Made by a program: the position numbers and the translations under genes. Shown piece by piece: positions 12,312-22,585 of a stretch of 64,000 nt of DNA. Position 1 is the stretch's first letter; each line of letters begins with the position of its first letter. This DNA comes from an uncultured bacterium (GTDB lineage Bacteria; Desulfobacterota_D; UBA1144; Nemesobacterales; UBA2774). The stretch is taken from contig CAWGRW010000009.1 in NCBI GenBank assembly GCA_963825135.1, forward strand, positions 1,216,001-1,280,000. Reading direction: 5' to 3'. The notes below the pieces were generated by a model, which was not told the DNA's origin, searched no databases, and worked only from the letters and a program-made list of their open reading frames with translations.

Positions 12312-13856
12312 TTATAGTGGTATGTTCCCGTGCTTTTTCGGGGGATTCGTCTGTCTTTTCCCGTCGAGCATCTCAAACGCCGAGATTACCCTCGGCCTCG
12401 TATCCTCGGGCCTAATGACTTCGTCCACGAAGCCGAGGTCTGCGGCCCTGTAGGGGTTCGCGAACTGCTCCTTGTACTCCTCGATCAGCTTCGCGCGCTC
12501 GGCTTCCGGGTCCTCGGCCTGCATGATCTGCGCGCGAGAGATGATATTGACCGCTCCGTCAGAGCCCATCACGGCGATTTCCGCCGTCGGGTACGCCATC
12601 ACTATATCGCCCCTTACGTGCTTGGACGACATAACGTCGTACGCCCCGCCGTACGCTTTCCTCGTAATGACGGTCACTCTGGGAACGGTCGCCTCGCTGT
12701 AGGCGTATAGGAGCTTGGCGCCGTGTTTAATGATGCCGCCCCATTCCTGGGAGGTGCCGGGGAGAAAACCCGGTACGTCTTCGAATGTGAGAATGGGGAT
12801 ATTGAAGCAGTCGCAGAACCTCACGAACCTGCCCGCTTTAACCGACGCGTCTATGTCGAGACACCCGGCGAGTATATTGGGCTGGTTCCCGACTATGCCG
12901 ATTACCCTGCCCGCCATTCTCGCGAATCCTATAACTATATTCTGAGCGTAATGCTCCTGTATTTCGAAAAAGTAACCCTCGTCTACCACGGCGTTAATTA
13001 CGTCTTTTACATCGTAGGGCTTATTGGGGTTTTCGGGGACTATGGCCCGCAGCGCAGTCGCCCTCCTGTCGGAAGGGTCGTCGGTCGACGTTCTCGGCGG
13101 GTCTTCCATATTATTCGAGGGGAGGAAGCTCAGGAGCTCCTTTATAAGAGCTATGCATTCCTTGTCGTCTTCGACCGCGAAATGCGCGACCCCGCTCCTC
13201 GCGTTGTGCACCATCGCTCCGCCCAGTTCCTCGGAGTTCACTTCCTCGTGCGTCACAGCCTTGATTACGTCAGGCCCCGTAATGAACATGTAGCTCGTGT
13301 TCCTGACCATTACCGTAAAATCGGTAATGGCGGGAGAATATACAGCTCCCCCGGCGCAGGGGCCCATAATGGCCGATATTTGAGGCACGACCCCTGAAGC
13401 GAGCACGTTCCTGCAGAATATCTCCCCGTATCCCCCGAGGCTCTCCACTCCTTCCTGTATCCTGGCGCCCCCGGAGTCGTTAAGCCCTACTATCGGGACG
13501 CCTACCTGCATCGCGAGGTCCATAACCTTGCATATCTTCTTTCCGTGCACCATGCCGAGAGATCCGCCGAAGACGGTAAAGTCCTGGGCGTAGACGAAAG
13601 CCTGCCGTCCGTCTATCTTCCCGTATCCGGTGACGACGCCGTCCCCGAGGAACTTTTTACCCTCCATTCCAAAATCATTGCATCTGTGGACGACGAATTT
13701 GTCGAGTTCTACAAAGGTGTTTTTATCGAGCAGGAGGTCGATTCTTTCTCTTGCCGTGAGCTTGCCGATTTCGTGCTGTTTCTGAATCCTGGCTTCACCG
13801 CCGCCAGCTTCGGCCTCTCTTTCCTTTTCTTCGAGTACGGCAATTTTATCCTTCAT
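12312..13856 (-). CDS. pccB: Acyl-CoA (propionyl-/methylmalonyl-CoA type) carboxyltransferase subunit
   Basis: [36 protein letters not shown] and KKHGNIPL motifs. Start moved to ATG 13856 after SD AAGGAG. Confidence 0.9.
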   Translation of the reverse strand: MKDKIAVLEEKEREAEAGGGEARIQKQHEIGKLTARERIDLLLDKNTFVELDKFVVHRCNDFGMEGKKFLGDGVVTGYGKIDGRQAFVYAQDFTVFGGSLGMVHGKKICKVMDLAMQVGVPIVGLNDSGGARIQEGVESLGGYGEIFCRNVLASGVVPQISAIMGPCAGGAVYSPAITDFTVMVRNTSYMFITGPDVIKAVTHEEVNSEELGGAMVHNARSGVAHFAVEDDKECIALIKELLSFLPSNNMEDPPRTSTDDPSDRRATALRAIVPENPNKPYDVKDVINAVVDEGYFFEIQEHYAQNIVIGFARMAGRVIGIVGNQPNILAGCLDIDASVKAGRFVRFCDCFNIPILTFEDVPGFLPGTSQEWGGIIKHGAKLLYAYSEATVPRVTVITRKAYGGAYDVMSSKHVRGDIVMAYPTAEIAVMGSDGAVNIISRAQIMQAEDPEAERAKLIEEYKEQFANPYRAADLGFVDEVIRPEDTRPRVISAFEMLDGKRQTNPPKKHGNIPL

Positions 13857-14074
13857 TATCGGCTCCTTCGAAGGTTCTTGAGAATCCAAAAAAATACTAT
13901 GTAAATACCTAATTGGCAAGTTTGCGGGGCGTATGCGGGGTTTGCATATGTGGCCTGAAAATATAAGGATTTTGTCAGACGCTCCGGGGCCGGGTGAGCG
14001 GGAAGGGCGGCCGGGCATAAAGTTTTATATTACAGGTAAGGCCCTAATCGCTCATAATGTGCGCGGCGCCGGTC

Positions 14075-14671
14075 TTAAAAGCCGATCGCCTCCGAGACTG
14101 CTTTTACACGGGCTCGGGTGTCCTCGAGGGACCCCGAATTATCTATTATATATTCTCCGTGCTTAATCTTTTCCCTAGCCGGCATCTGCGCCCTGAGTCT
14201 CGAGACAGCCTCTTCCCTCGTATAACCCTTCCCCTCCATGAGCCTCCTGATCTCCGTCTCTTCGTCCGCTGTCACTACAATGAGGCTGTCTATCAGGTCT
14301 TTCAGCCCGCCCTTTTCCACTATGAGCGTGGCCTCGATCATCACGACAGGTGTATTTTCCTTCTCGTACTCACGGACGAGCCCCCTTATCCTATCCATTA
14401 TCCTCGGGTGCGTGATCTCGTTCAGCCTCTTGCGTTTTGCTTCGTCGCCGAAGACAATAACCGCTAGCTTCTTCCTGTTTATATGGTTGTCGGGTTCCAG
14501 CACTTCTTTCCCGAACTCGCCGACAATCTCCTTCCATGCGGGCTCGCCGGGCTCGACCACGATACGCGCGATCTCGTCGGCGTCGATTAACCTCGCGCCG
14601 CGCCCCTCGAACATACGTGCGACGGTGCTTTTTCCGGAGGCTATGTTCCCCGTGATGCCGATGACCTTCAT
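14075..14671 (-). CDS. coaE: Dephospho-CoA kinase
   Basis: IGITGNIASGKSTV P-loop, IDAD, LNEITHP and IDNSGS motifs. Confidence 0.95.
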   Translation of the reverse strand: MKVIGITGNIASGKSTVARMFEGRGARLIDADEIARIVVEPGEPAWKEIVGEFGKEVLEPDNHINRKKLAVIVFGDEAKRKRLNEITHPRIMDRIRGLVREYEKENTPVVMIEATLIVEKGGLKDLIDSLIVVTADEETEIRRLMEGKGYTREEAVSRLRAQMPAREKIKHGEYIIDNSGSLEDTRARVKAVSEAIGF

Positions 14672-14677
14672 CGGGGT

Positions 14678-14706
14678 ATTCTAATTTGGTAATAATGCTC
14701 TTTCAA
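14678..14706 (-). promoter_or_regulatory. Sigma70 promoter of coaE, leaderless geometry
   Basis: Minus strand TTGAAA-17-TAGAAT-6 nt-ATG. Confidence 0.65.
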
Positions 14707-14820
14707 ATCGGCACTCCATAAGCATAGAGGGACCGGTAATACCGGAAACTTGATAAAATAATGAGTTGGGTATAATAAATCCCTAGATTTCGCAATTGCG
14801 AATAGAAAAGGAGGGGTTCC

Positions 14821-15684
14821 ATGTCTAAAAAAGCGGAGGAAATAAAGATAGTAGGCGTCGTAGGGGCGGGAACTATGGGCTCGGGGATCGCCCAGGTAGT
14901 CGCTTCGAGCGGCAGGCAGGTTGTGCTTGTGGACGTAACGGATGCCGCAATCGGCAGGGGAATGAAGGCCATAGAGGGCAGTCTCGGCAGGCTCGTCAAG
15001 AAAGAGACGATAAGCGAAGAAGAGAGTAAATCCATAGTATCGAGAATAAAAACAACCACAAAATATGAGGATTTTAAGGACGTTGACCTCGTCATAGAGG
15101 CCGCATTCGAGGATATGAAGGTAAAAAAGGAAATCTATAAAAAACTCGACCAGTCGACCGGGCCCGACGTGGTGCTGGCTACCAACACCTCGTCCCTGCC
15201 GATCGTTGAGATCGCAGTCGGGACCGGGAGGCCCGACAAGGTAGTCGGTATGCATTTCTTTAATCCCGCGCCCGTGATGAAGCTCGTCGAGATTATCAAG
15301 ACGCTCGCCACATCGGACGAGACCGCGGAATTCGCGTTTGACTTTGCAACTGCTCTCGGAAAGGACCCTGTCAGGACGAAGGACATCCCCGGGTTCATAG
15401 TGAACAGGATACTCATACCGATGCTGAACGAGGCCGTGTTCGCGTATTCGGATGGGGTCGGGACGGCCGAGGACATAGACAAGGCCATGAAGCTCGGCAC
15501 GAACCAGCCGATAGGCCCGCTCGCCCTTATTGACCTCATAGGTCTCGATGTCACGATCGACGTTATGGACGTATTCTATAAGGAGTTCCAGGATTCGAAA
15601 TACAGGGCCGCCCCGCTGCTGAGACAGATGGTCAGGGCCGGGCAGCTCGGGCGGAAATCCGGAAAGGGCTTCTTCCAATACTGA
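14821..15684 (+). CDS. hbd: 3-hydroxybutyryl-CoA dehydrogenase
   Basis: GAGTMGSGIAQ, ATNTSSL, GMHFFNPAPVM and PGFIVNR motifs. Confidence 0.92.
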   Translation: MSKKAEEIKIVGVVGAGTMGSGIAQVVASSGRQVVLVDVTDAAIGRGMKAIEGSLGRLVKKETISEEESKSIVSRIKTTTKYEDFKDVDLVIEAAFEDMKVKKEIYKKLDQSTGPDVVLATNTSSLPIVEIAVGTGRPDKVVGMHFFNPAPVMKLVEIIKTLATSDETAEFAFDFATALGKDPVRTKDIPGFIVNRILIPMLNEAVFAYSDGVGTAEDIDKAMKLGTNQPIGPLALIDLIGLDVTIDVMDVFYKEFQDSKYRAAPLLRQMVRAGQLGRKSGKGFFQY

Positions 15685-15775
15685 GAAGCGGGTAAGGGGC
15701 GGAGATAATCTTTAGGTGTGGAAGCTGCGGCCGAGAAGCCTCCGTCAATCCGTATTCGTCTAATGTCGAGTCTGA

Positions 15776-17182
15776 TTAAACGGGGTTTCTTGCGGAAATA
15801 TACTCGCCTGCTCTTTTTAGTCTCTTGATCACCTCATCCTTCCCCAGTATCTCCATCACCTCGAAGATGCCCGGACTCACGGTCCCCCCGGTAAGCGCTA
15901 CCCTCACGGGCTGGGCGATCGTTCCGAGCTTAAGTCCCCTCTCCTCCATTATTCCCTCGAACACCTTCTGTATTTCCTCCGCGGTGAACGGCTCCGGAAG
16001 GGAAAGCCTTTCGGTCAGTTCTTTTAAAACATCCGCCATCTCGGGTGTGAGGAATTTGCCCGCCGCCTTCTCGTCGTATTCGATCTCGTCCGCGTAAAAG
16101 TAGCCGAGCGAGTCCGCTATATCCAGAAGCGTTTTAGCCCTCTGACTGAGCTCCTTCACGATCATTACGAGCTTGTTGTCGAGCTCCGCCTCGATGCCTT
16201 TATCGAGGAGAATCGGGAGCACGAGCCCGGCGATCTCCTCGGGCGGCTTGTTACGTATGTACCAGCCGTTTAGCCACTGGAGCTTTTCGGGGTTGAACAC
16301 GGCGGCTGATTTCCCCACGTTATCGAGGGTGAATTTTTCGATGAGCTCCTCTGTCGTAAATATCTCCTGGTCGCCGTAGGACCAACCGAGGCGGGTCAGG
16401 TAGTTGACGAGCGCATCGGGGAGATATCCTTCTTCTCTGTATTCTACGACGGAAGTTGCTCCGTGCCGCTTGCTTAGCCTCTTTCCGTCGGGCCCCAGGA
16501 TCATCGAGACGTGGGCTACCTTCGGTATTTCGAGCGAAAGCCCTTGATATATGAGCGCCTGCCTCGGGGTGTTTATCAGATGGTCGTCCCCTCTGATGAT
16601 ATGGGTTATTTCCATAAGCGCGTCGTCCGCGACGACGGCGAAATTGTATGTCGGGAACCCGTCCGTCTTGAGTATTACGAAATCGTCTATCTCGGAGGCG
16701 TCGAACACCACCTTCCCCCGCAGAAGATCGTGCACTTCGATGGGCCCGTGGTCGGGTGTAAGGAAGCGGACGGCATAGGGCTTATCGGGGCCCGCGTTCC
16801 TGTCCGCCCAGTCGCGTTTGTAATGGAAGATTTCTCCCTTTTCCTGGGCCTCTTTTCGCTTCTCGTCGAGCTCCTCCGCGGTCACATAACACCGGTACGC
16901 GTGTCCGGAGGCGACGAGCTTTTCCGCGAGGTCCTTGTATATACCGAGCCTGTCCGATTGCCTGAAAGGGCCCTCGTCCCAGTCGAGCCCGAGCCATTCC
17001 ATGGCGTCCGTAATTTCCAGTATCGATTCCTCGGTCGAGCGGGTGCGGTCCGTATCCTCGATCCGGAGTATGAATTCCCCGCCGTGATGTCTCGCGAAGA
17101 GCCAGTTGAAAATGGCTGTTCTCGCCCCGCCTATGTGGAGGGACCCTGTGGGGCTCGGTGCGAATCTGGTTCTTACGGTCAT
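15776..17182 (-). CDS. gltX: Glutamyl-tRNA synthetase
   Basis: RTRFAPSPTGSLHIGG, LRIEDTD and RLSKR motifs plus anticodon-binding domain. Confidence 0.96.
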   Translation of the reverse strand: MTVRTRFAPSPTGSLHIGGARTAIFNWLFARHHGGEFILRIEDTDRTRSTEESILEITDAMEWLGLDWDEGPFRQSDRLGIYKDLAEKLVASGHAYRCYVTAEELDEKRKEAQEKGEIFHYKRDWADRNAGPDKPYAVRFLTPDHGPIEVHDLLRGKVVFDASEIDDFVILKTDGFPTYNFAVVADDALMEITHIIRGDDHLINTPRQALIYQGLSLEIPKVAHVSMILGPDGKRLSKRHGATSVVEYREEGYLPDALVNYLTRLGWSYGDQEIFTTEELIEKFTLDNVGKSAAVFNPEKLQWLNGWYIRNKPPEEIAGLVLPILLDKGIEAELDNKLVMIVKELSQRAKTLLDIADSLGYFYADEIEYDEKAAGKFLTPEMADVLKELTERLSLPEPFTAEEIQKVFEGIMEERGLKLGTIAQPVRVALTGGTVSPGIFEVMEILGKDEVIKRLKRAGEYISARNPV

Positions 17183-17191
17183 GGGGGTTAA

Positions 17192-17220
17192 ATGTTAATT
17201 TAGAGTCCCAGGTGAGTCAA
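17192..17220 (-). promoter_or_regulatory. Sigma70 promoter of gltX, near-leaderless
   Basis: Minus strand TTGACT-17-TAACAT-9 nt-ATG, no SD. Confidence 0.55.
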
Positions 17221-17503
17221 ATAAACCCTCCCTCGCCTCTTTCCGGGTTTTATAGGCCGCCTTCGGCCGTTTGCCGTCGCTCCGATTACTGTCCCGTGTT
17301 CACGTTAAAGCGCATTGCCGTTACCTGCGTGTAAAATTAACCCGATCGTTTTAATTCCTGAAAAGAGGGGATAATATTATTTAAGGTTTTAATATGTTTG
17401 GTTTTTTTAGAGATTCGAGTATTATTGAGAACCCGTCGGCACATTGTTAAAACGTGCCCGCCTGAGTCAGGTACGGAAAATCTTGATACAGTTTCGTTAT
17501 CCA

Positions 17504-18046
17504 ATGAATAAAGGCGTATTTATCATATTATCGGCGGCACTATTCCTCGGTTCCTGCTCCCTCACGAAGTTCGTGGGTTATTACGCCTCAGCCGGGTCGG
17601 GCGATAAAGGCAAGCTCGACGGGCAGGTATACACATCCGAGAACACGTCATACAATATCGGCTCACTCCCCGAGGGATGGGAAAGAATTAAGATCGAGGG
17701 CGGAGACCTCGCGTTCTCCAATACCTTTGAGGAATCGACTATCACGGTGAATTCGACCTGCGACGAGCGTAAAATGAAGTACAGTCTGAAAGCGCTTTCG
17801 GAGTCTTTAATAGTCGGTATCAAGGACAAGAAGGCGCAGTCGAGACAGGATGCTCAGATAGACGGACAGCCCGCGCTCATCACGATATATACGGGAAGCC
17901 TGAACAACACTCCCGTGATGATAGAGACCCGCGTATTTAAGAAGAAAGAGTGCGTATATGATTTTACATACGCCTCGTCTCCCGAGAAGTTCGATTCGGA
18001 AGCTCAGGTTTTTAACGAATTTATTTCTCAATTCAGAGTGCTCTGA
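17504..18046 (+). CDS. Hypothetical lipoprotein
   Basis: Lipobox LGSC after a hydrophobic signal. Stop overlaps the mlaE start (TGATG). Confidence 0.75.
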   Translation: MNKGVFIILSAALFLGSCSLTKFVGYYASAGSGDKGKLDGQVYTSENTSYNIGSLPEGWERIKIEGGDLAFSNTFEESTITVNSTCDERKMKYSLKALSESLIVGIKDKKAQSRQDAQIDGQPALITIYTGSLNNTPVMIETRVFKKKECVYDFTYASSPEKFDSEAQVFNEFISQFRVL

Positions 18047-18825
18047 TGATCAATAACCTTATAGCCGGTTTTGGTTCATACGTCGTTTCATTCGTTGAGA
18101 AGCTGGGTGATATCGGGCTTTTCATCCAGAAATCCGTCTATGCGAGCTTTACCCGCCCTTTTAATTTCAGGCTAGTGCTAGAGCAGATCGACGAGATCGG
18201 GTTTAAGTCGATACCCATAGTGATCGCTTCGGCTATGGCGATAGGAATGGTCATGGTGGTTCAGCTCGCGTGGGGCTTCGCGTGGTTCGGGGCAAAGGGC
18301 GTAGTCGGCCCCGTCGTATCGCTCTCATTCGTCAGGGAGCTCGGCCCCGTCGTAACCTCGCTTCTCGTGGGCGGCAGGGTGGGCTCGGGTATTACCGCCG
18401 AAATAGGGTCTATGAAGGTAACGGAACAAATAGACGCGATAAGCACGCTCGGGGCCGACCCCCTCAGGAAGCTCGTCGTGCCGAGGCTCGTGGCTGCAGT
18501 CATCTGTTTTCCGTTCCTTGCGATAATATCGGACTTCACCGGAATCTTAGGGGCCATGATTATGTCGAACATCGACCTCGACGTAAAGCCGAGGCTCTTT
18601 ATATCGAGCATACTCGAATGGGTGACCATCGACGATTTCATAAGCGGAATATCAAAGACGTTCTTCTTCGGGATTATCGTGGCTATTACGGGATGCTATA
18701 TAGGGATGAGGGCTGAAGGCGGGACGCAGGGCGTCGGAAGAGCCACAACCTCTACCGTCGTGGTGGCGCTCCTTTTGATAATCATCGGGGATTTCTTCCT
18801 GACAAAACTATTTCTTCTATTGTGA
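18046..18825 (+). CDS. mlaE: MlaE-family ABC permease
   Basis: RELGPV, GRVGSGITAEIGSMKVTEQIDA and GGTQGVGRATT motifs. Confidence 0.92.
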   Translation: MINNLIAGFGSYVVSFVEKLGDIGLFIQKSVYASFTRPFNFRLVLEQIDEIGFKSIPIVIASAMAIGMVMVVQLAWGFAWFGAKGVVGPVVSLSFVRELGPVVTSLLVGGRVGSGITAEIGSMKVTEQIDAISTLGADPLRKLVVPRLVAAVICFPFLAIISDFTGILGAMIMSNIDLDVKPRLFISSILEWVTIDDFISGISKTFFFGIIVAITGCYIGMRAEGGTQGVGRATTSTVVVALLLIIIGDFFLTKLFLLL

Positions 18826-18879
18826 TTCTCCTGTCCCGATATCCCGGGCGGGGCCGGGTATAGATCGAAGGCGCCCGTA

Positions 18880-19374
18880 TTATCTGTTGGCGGAAAGTTT
18901 TATCTCAAGCGCGTTTCTGTAAACCAGATAATTGCGCAGCGCGGACTCCGCGCTTCCCGACCTGCCGGATCTGACTTCGCTATGGTATCTGCCGTTCCAG
19001 TACTCCATGTTTTCAAGGATGGAATTTATGGAGCCGTCCTCGGAAATTCTACGGGCTCTTTCATTGCCGGAGCGCGAAGATGCCGGGTCCGTGTCGTAGC
19101 TCTGTCCCCAAATGGGCTTAACATTGCTGTACTCTTCGACTCCTTCGCTTTCTTCCCGGACTTCGGCGTAATTTACTCTCTCCCTTTCTCTCGGGTGAGA
19201 GACGCCATAGGAATCGTGGTCTTTTTCAGGCTCTCTTGTATCCGACGTGTAGATAACGGGTGTCCGGTCAAGAAACGAAGGCATGATATCCGAATCCACG
19301 AGATAGACCGCAGCAGCCGCGGAACCGAATACCGTGAGGAGAGTAATACTCAGAATCTTTCCGATTGCTTCCAT
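18880..19374 (-). CDS. Hypothetical protein with N-terminal membrane anchor/signal, downstream of c-di-GMP riboswitch
   Basis: 164-aa ORF with hydrophobic N-terminus, filling the gap below a promoter and riboswitch. Confidence 0.7.
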   Translation of the reverse strand: MEAIGKILSITLLTVFGSAAAAVYLVDSDIMPSFLDRTPVIYTSDTREPEKDHDSYGVSHPRERERVNYAEVREESEGVEEYSNVKPIWGQSYDTDPASSRSGNERARRISEDGSINSILENMEYWNGRYHSEVRSGRSGSAESALRNYLVYRNALEIKLSANR

Positions 19375-19486
19375 CTTTAGCTCTATTGTTCCGCGCTGGA
19401 CGGCGCAAAGGTAATTCGGACGGAAACAGGATTCGGAAGACGGAATTCAAATGGTCTTTATGATTCGAGAGAGCGCGCGTTCCTGT

Positions 19487-19575
19487 TTCGGCGGCATGGC
19501 TGCCATCGGGGATTTCGCCCCTTTAGGCCCTTTGCTTTGCGTCCCATCCTTTCGAATGGTTTGCCATTTCGTACG
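19487..19575 (-). promoter_or_regulatory. Cyclic di-GMP-I (GEMM) riboswitch
   Basis: Minus strand GGCAAACCAUUCGAAAGGAUGGGACGCAAAGCAAAGGGCCUAAAG...AUGGCAGCCAUGCCGCCGA closely follows the Vc2 consensus (GGCAAACC-GAAA-GGGACGCAAAGC...CUAA...UAGC...CCGA). Confidence 0.93.
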
Positions 19576-19627
19576 GAACATCAAATTAATCAATGTATCT
19601 TTATCCCAAAAACCTCGCTACGACAAA

Positions 19628-19656
19628 ATTTTAAAAGACGCGGCGCAGATTGTCAA
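19628..19656 (-). promoter_or_regulatory. Sigma70 promoter driving the riboswitch leader
   Basis: Minus strand TTGACA-17-TAAAAT. Confidence 0.65.
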
Positions 19657-19873
19657 CTAAATAAATATTACGGCAGCTGATATCCAAAATTGTCACGTTA
19701 GGGACGATAAGAATGATATGAATCTGAAGTCACCTCCCCTAGTCGGCCTGAATTGTTGACTTGGGGATAAAAAAAATCTATACATTAGAGAAGGGGTACT
19801 GGGTTTATTCAGGAGCCGGAAGATAGCCGCGTAGTGATCAAATCCGTGACATGAGAGTGAGTTGCGAATTAAT

Positions 19874-21418
19874 ATGGTCAACAAAATAGCCGAAGGGATT
19901 CTCTATACCGACCAATACCAGCTGACGATGGCTCAGCTATATTACAGGTTCGGGCTCCATGAGACCCATGCGCAGTTCGATCACTTCTTCAGGAATTACC
20001 CCGATTACGGCTCTCATAAGGCCGGTTACTGCGTGAACGCCGGGCTCGAGTGGCTTACCGGCTGGATGAAAGACGCCGCGTTCGGGGACGAGGAGATTAG
20101 CTGTCTCAAAACGCAGACGGGTCAACTGGGCGAGCCTCTCTTCGCGGACGATTTTCTTCTCTGGCTCAGGAAACACGGGAGTTTCGACGGAATAACCATG
20201 CTCTCCATCCCCGAGGGCCGGGTCGTCCATCCGAATGTTCCCGTCACCGTGATTCGGGGACCCCTGCCGATGGCCCAGATACTCGAGTCGGCACTCCTCA
20301 ATAAGCTCAACTACCAGATACTGATAGCGACCAAAGCCGCTCGTATAAGGGAAGCGGGGCGCGGCCAGCCGATCCTCGAATTCGGAATGAGGAGGGGGCC
20401 CGATCTCGGGGTCAATGCCGGCATAAGGGCGGCGTTAATAGGGGGAGCCGATTTCTCCTCGACCGTCGGCATCTCTCATGTGCTCGGTTTTCCCCCCAAA
20501 GGCACTCACGCGCACAGCATGGTGCAGGTGTTCATGGCGCTCGGCGAGGGCGAGTTGGGGGCCTTCAGGGCGTACGCGGAGGTATATCCCGATGACTGCC
20601 TCCTCCTCGTGGATACCATAAACACGCTCGAGAGCGGGGTCCCGAATGCGATAAAGGTGTTCGAAGAGCTCCGGAAGAAGGGGCATAAGCCCCTCGGCAT
20701 CAGGCTCGATTCGGGCGACCTCGCGTACCTGTCCATTCAGTCTGCGAAGATGCTCGACAGCGCGGGCTTCCCCGACACGAGGATCGTGCTCTCCAATCAG
20801 CTCGACGAGCTCGTCGTGTGGCAGGTGATAACACAGATAGAGGAGGAGGCGCCCCGGAACGGGCTCGATCCCGAAAGCCTCATCAAGAGGCTCGTCTACG
20901 GCGTGGGGACGAAACTCATTACCTCCAAAGGCGATTCGGCGCTAGACGGAGTGTATAAGCTCGTCGCCGTAAGGGAGAGGTCGGAGTGGGTGCCCGCGAT
21001 CAAGCTATCGGAAACGCCGACAAAGACGCTTAACCCGGGCAGCAAAATGGCCTGGCGCATATATGATAAAAGGGGTTACGCCACAGCCGACCTTCTGACG
21101 ATTGACGAAGGCGACCCGAACGAATCTCAAATATTAAAGATGCGCCACCCCTCCGACCATACGAAGTACAGGATGATGAGGAATAACGAGATCAGCGGTA
21201 CCGAGAGCCTTCTGGTAAAGGTGCTGGACGAGGGCGGTCTTGTTTACGATTTCCCTTCGATAGAAGAAATAAGGACGAAGAGGATTGAAGATATCGAGAG
21301 GCTGGATTCGGGGGTGAGGAGGATAATGAACCCCCACATCTACCACGTCTCGCTTTCGGAAAAGCTCTGGGCCCTTAAGCAGGACCTTATACGGTCAATG
21401 GAAAAAGAAAGCGCATGA
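19874..21418 (+). CDS. pncB: Nicotinate phosphoribosyltransferase
   Basis: [34 protein letters not shown] and GVGTKL motifs. Confidence 0.93.
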   Translation: MVNKIAEGILYTDQYQLTMAQLYYRFGLHETHAQFDHFFRNYPDYGSHKAGYCVNAGLEWLTGWMKDAAFGDEEISCLKTQTGQLGEPLFADDFLLWLRKHGSFDGITMLSIPEGRVVHPNVPVTVIRGPLPMAQILESALLNKLNYQILIATKAARIREAGRGQPILEFGMRRGPDLGVNAGIRAALIGGADFSSTVGISHVLGFPPKGTHAHSMVQVFMALGEGELGAFRAYAEVYPDDCLLLVDTINTLESGVPNAIKVFEELRKKGHKPLGIRLDSGDLAYLSIQSAKMLDSAGFPDTRIVLSNQLDELVVWQVITQIEEEAPRNGLDPESLIKRLVYGVGTKLITSKGDSALDGVYKLVAVRERSEWVPAIKLSETPTKTLNPGSKMAWRIYDKRGYATADLLTIDEGDPNESQILKMRHPSDHTKYRMMRNNEISGTESLLVKVLDEGGLVYDFPSIEEIRTKRIEDIERLDSGVRRIMNPHIYHVSLSEKLWALKQDLIRSMEKESA

Positions 21419-21465
21419 ATCCGTATGCCGGAGATTAGGCGGATTTCCGGGGATGAATTAATTTG

Positions 21466-22479
21466 TCAGCTGCCGGGCCGCGCTTTTCCCTTCCCGCCCT
21501 CTGATGCCTGTGCGGATTTTTTTTGTTTCCGGTTTTGACCACGGCCGTTTGTCTCCTTTTTCCCGGGATCGTATCCCTTTATCTCGAGGGTCAGTATGTC
21601 GGGCCTCGAAAAATGACCGACGCCGTCGATAACCGCTTTGGAGCGTATTATCATATCCATGTCTATATCCGCGTAGACTATGTCTTCCCTGCCGTACACG
21701 GGTCCAGCCAGGTATTCCCCCCTGGGGCTGATTATTCCGCTTCCGCCGGGGTAGTCCCACATCGTGTGTTTTTTAAGCGGAAAGCTGTCGGGGATCATGT
21801 CCTCCGTAATGTGTCCTGAAGACGCGATGACGAACACCTGTCCCTCAAACGCATACTCGCGGCTCGCGAAATCCATCGTCGGCTTTACGAACCCGTGCCC
21901 TGCCCAGAGCCCGGCGTGTATCTGCTCCCCCTTCATGAACATCGCGTATTTCGCAAGCGTCATGTGGTGCTCGTAGCAGAAGAACCCCCCGACCTTGCCG
22001 ACTTCCGTATCGAACACGCGGAGGTCCTCGGCGCCCCCGTTCCCCCATATGCATTTCTCGCTGTCAATGGACATGAGCTTCCTGTGCTTTCCCAGGACTG
22101 CGCCCTGCTTGTCGATGTATAAGATTGTATTGTAAAGCGTCCCGCCGTCCCTCTCGTTTACCCCGAGGACGACGTACGCGCCCGCCTTCTTCGCGGCCTC
22201 GCACAGCTTGTCGGTATCGGCCCCCGGTATCTCGACCGAGTTTTTATATAGCTCCGTGTACGCGTCGAGCACGAGCTTCCTCCCCTCTCCGGTCCCTATG
22301 TCCTTGGGCCAGTAGGGGTAGCAGGGGATCATAGCCTCGGGGAAAACTATCAGGCTCGCCCCGTTCCCTGCCGCCTCCTCGATCAGGCTCGCGATCTTCC
22401 CGATTGTTTCGACCTTGTTCAGAAACACGGGGGCAGCCTGAACCGCCGCCGCCGTGAACTTCCTGTTTTCGCTGTCCAT
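21466..22479 (-). CDS. Nitrilase (carbon-nitrogen hydrolase)
   Basis: AAVQAAPV; E-K-C triad in FPEA, HRKL and FCYEH; DGVGHFSRPD. Confidence 0.9.
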   Translation of the reverse strand: MDSENRKFTAAAVQAAPVFLNKVETIGKIASLIEEAAGNGASLIVFPEAMIPCYPYWPKDIGTGEGRKLVLDAYTELYKNSVEIPGADTDKLCEAAKKAGAYVVLGVNERDGGTLYNTILYIDKQGAVLGKHRKLMSIDSEKCIWGNGGAEDLRVFDTEVGKVGGFFCYEHHMTLAKYAMFMKGEQIHAGLWAGHGFVKPTMDFASREYAFEGQVFVIASSGHITEDMIPDSFPLKKHTMWDYPGGSGIISPRGEYLAGPVYGREDIVYADIDMDMIIRSKAVIDGVGHFSRPDILTLEIKGYDPGKKETNGRGQNRKQKKSAQASEGGKGKARPGS

Positions 22480-22585
22480 TTGTGCTTCTCTCCGTCTATG
22501 TGGTTATATCCCGAACCCCATTATCCCACGAACCCGAAGTCCCTGTCAACCGGGCAAAAACGTCACAGGGAACCGCGCGAATCGC

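Noticed and set aside
10310..13856. Three-subunit carboxylase as evidence of autotrophic carbon fixation
   Set aside because: The same architecture serves propionyl-CoA metabolism, and no diagnostic 3-hydroxypropionate pathway genes are in the window.
19487..19575. cGAMP-sensing GEMM-Ib variant or Hypr GGDEF signalling
   Set aside because: The aptamer has G at the specificity position and the local GGDEF has Asp rather than Ser.
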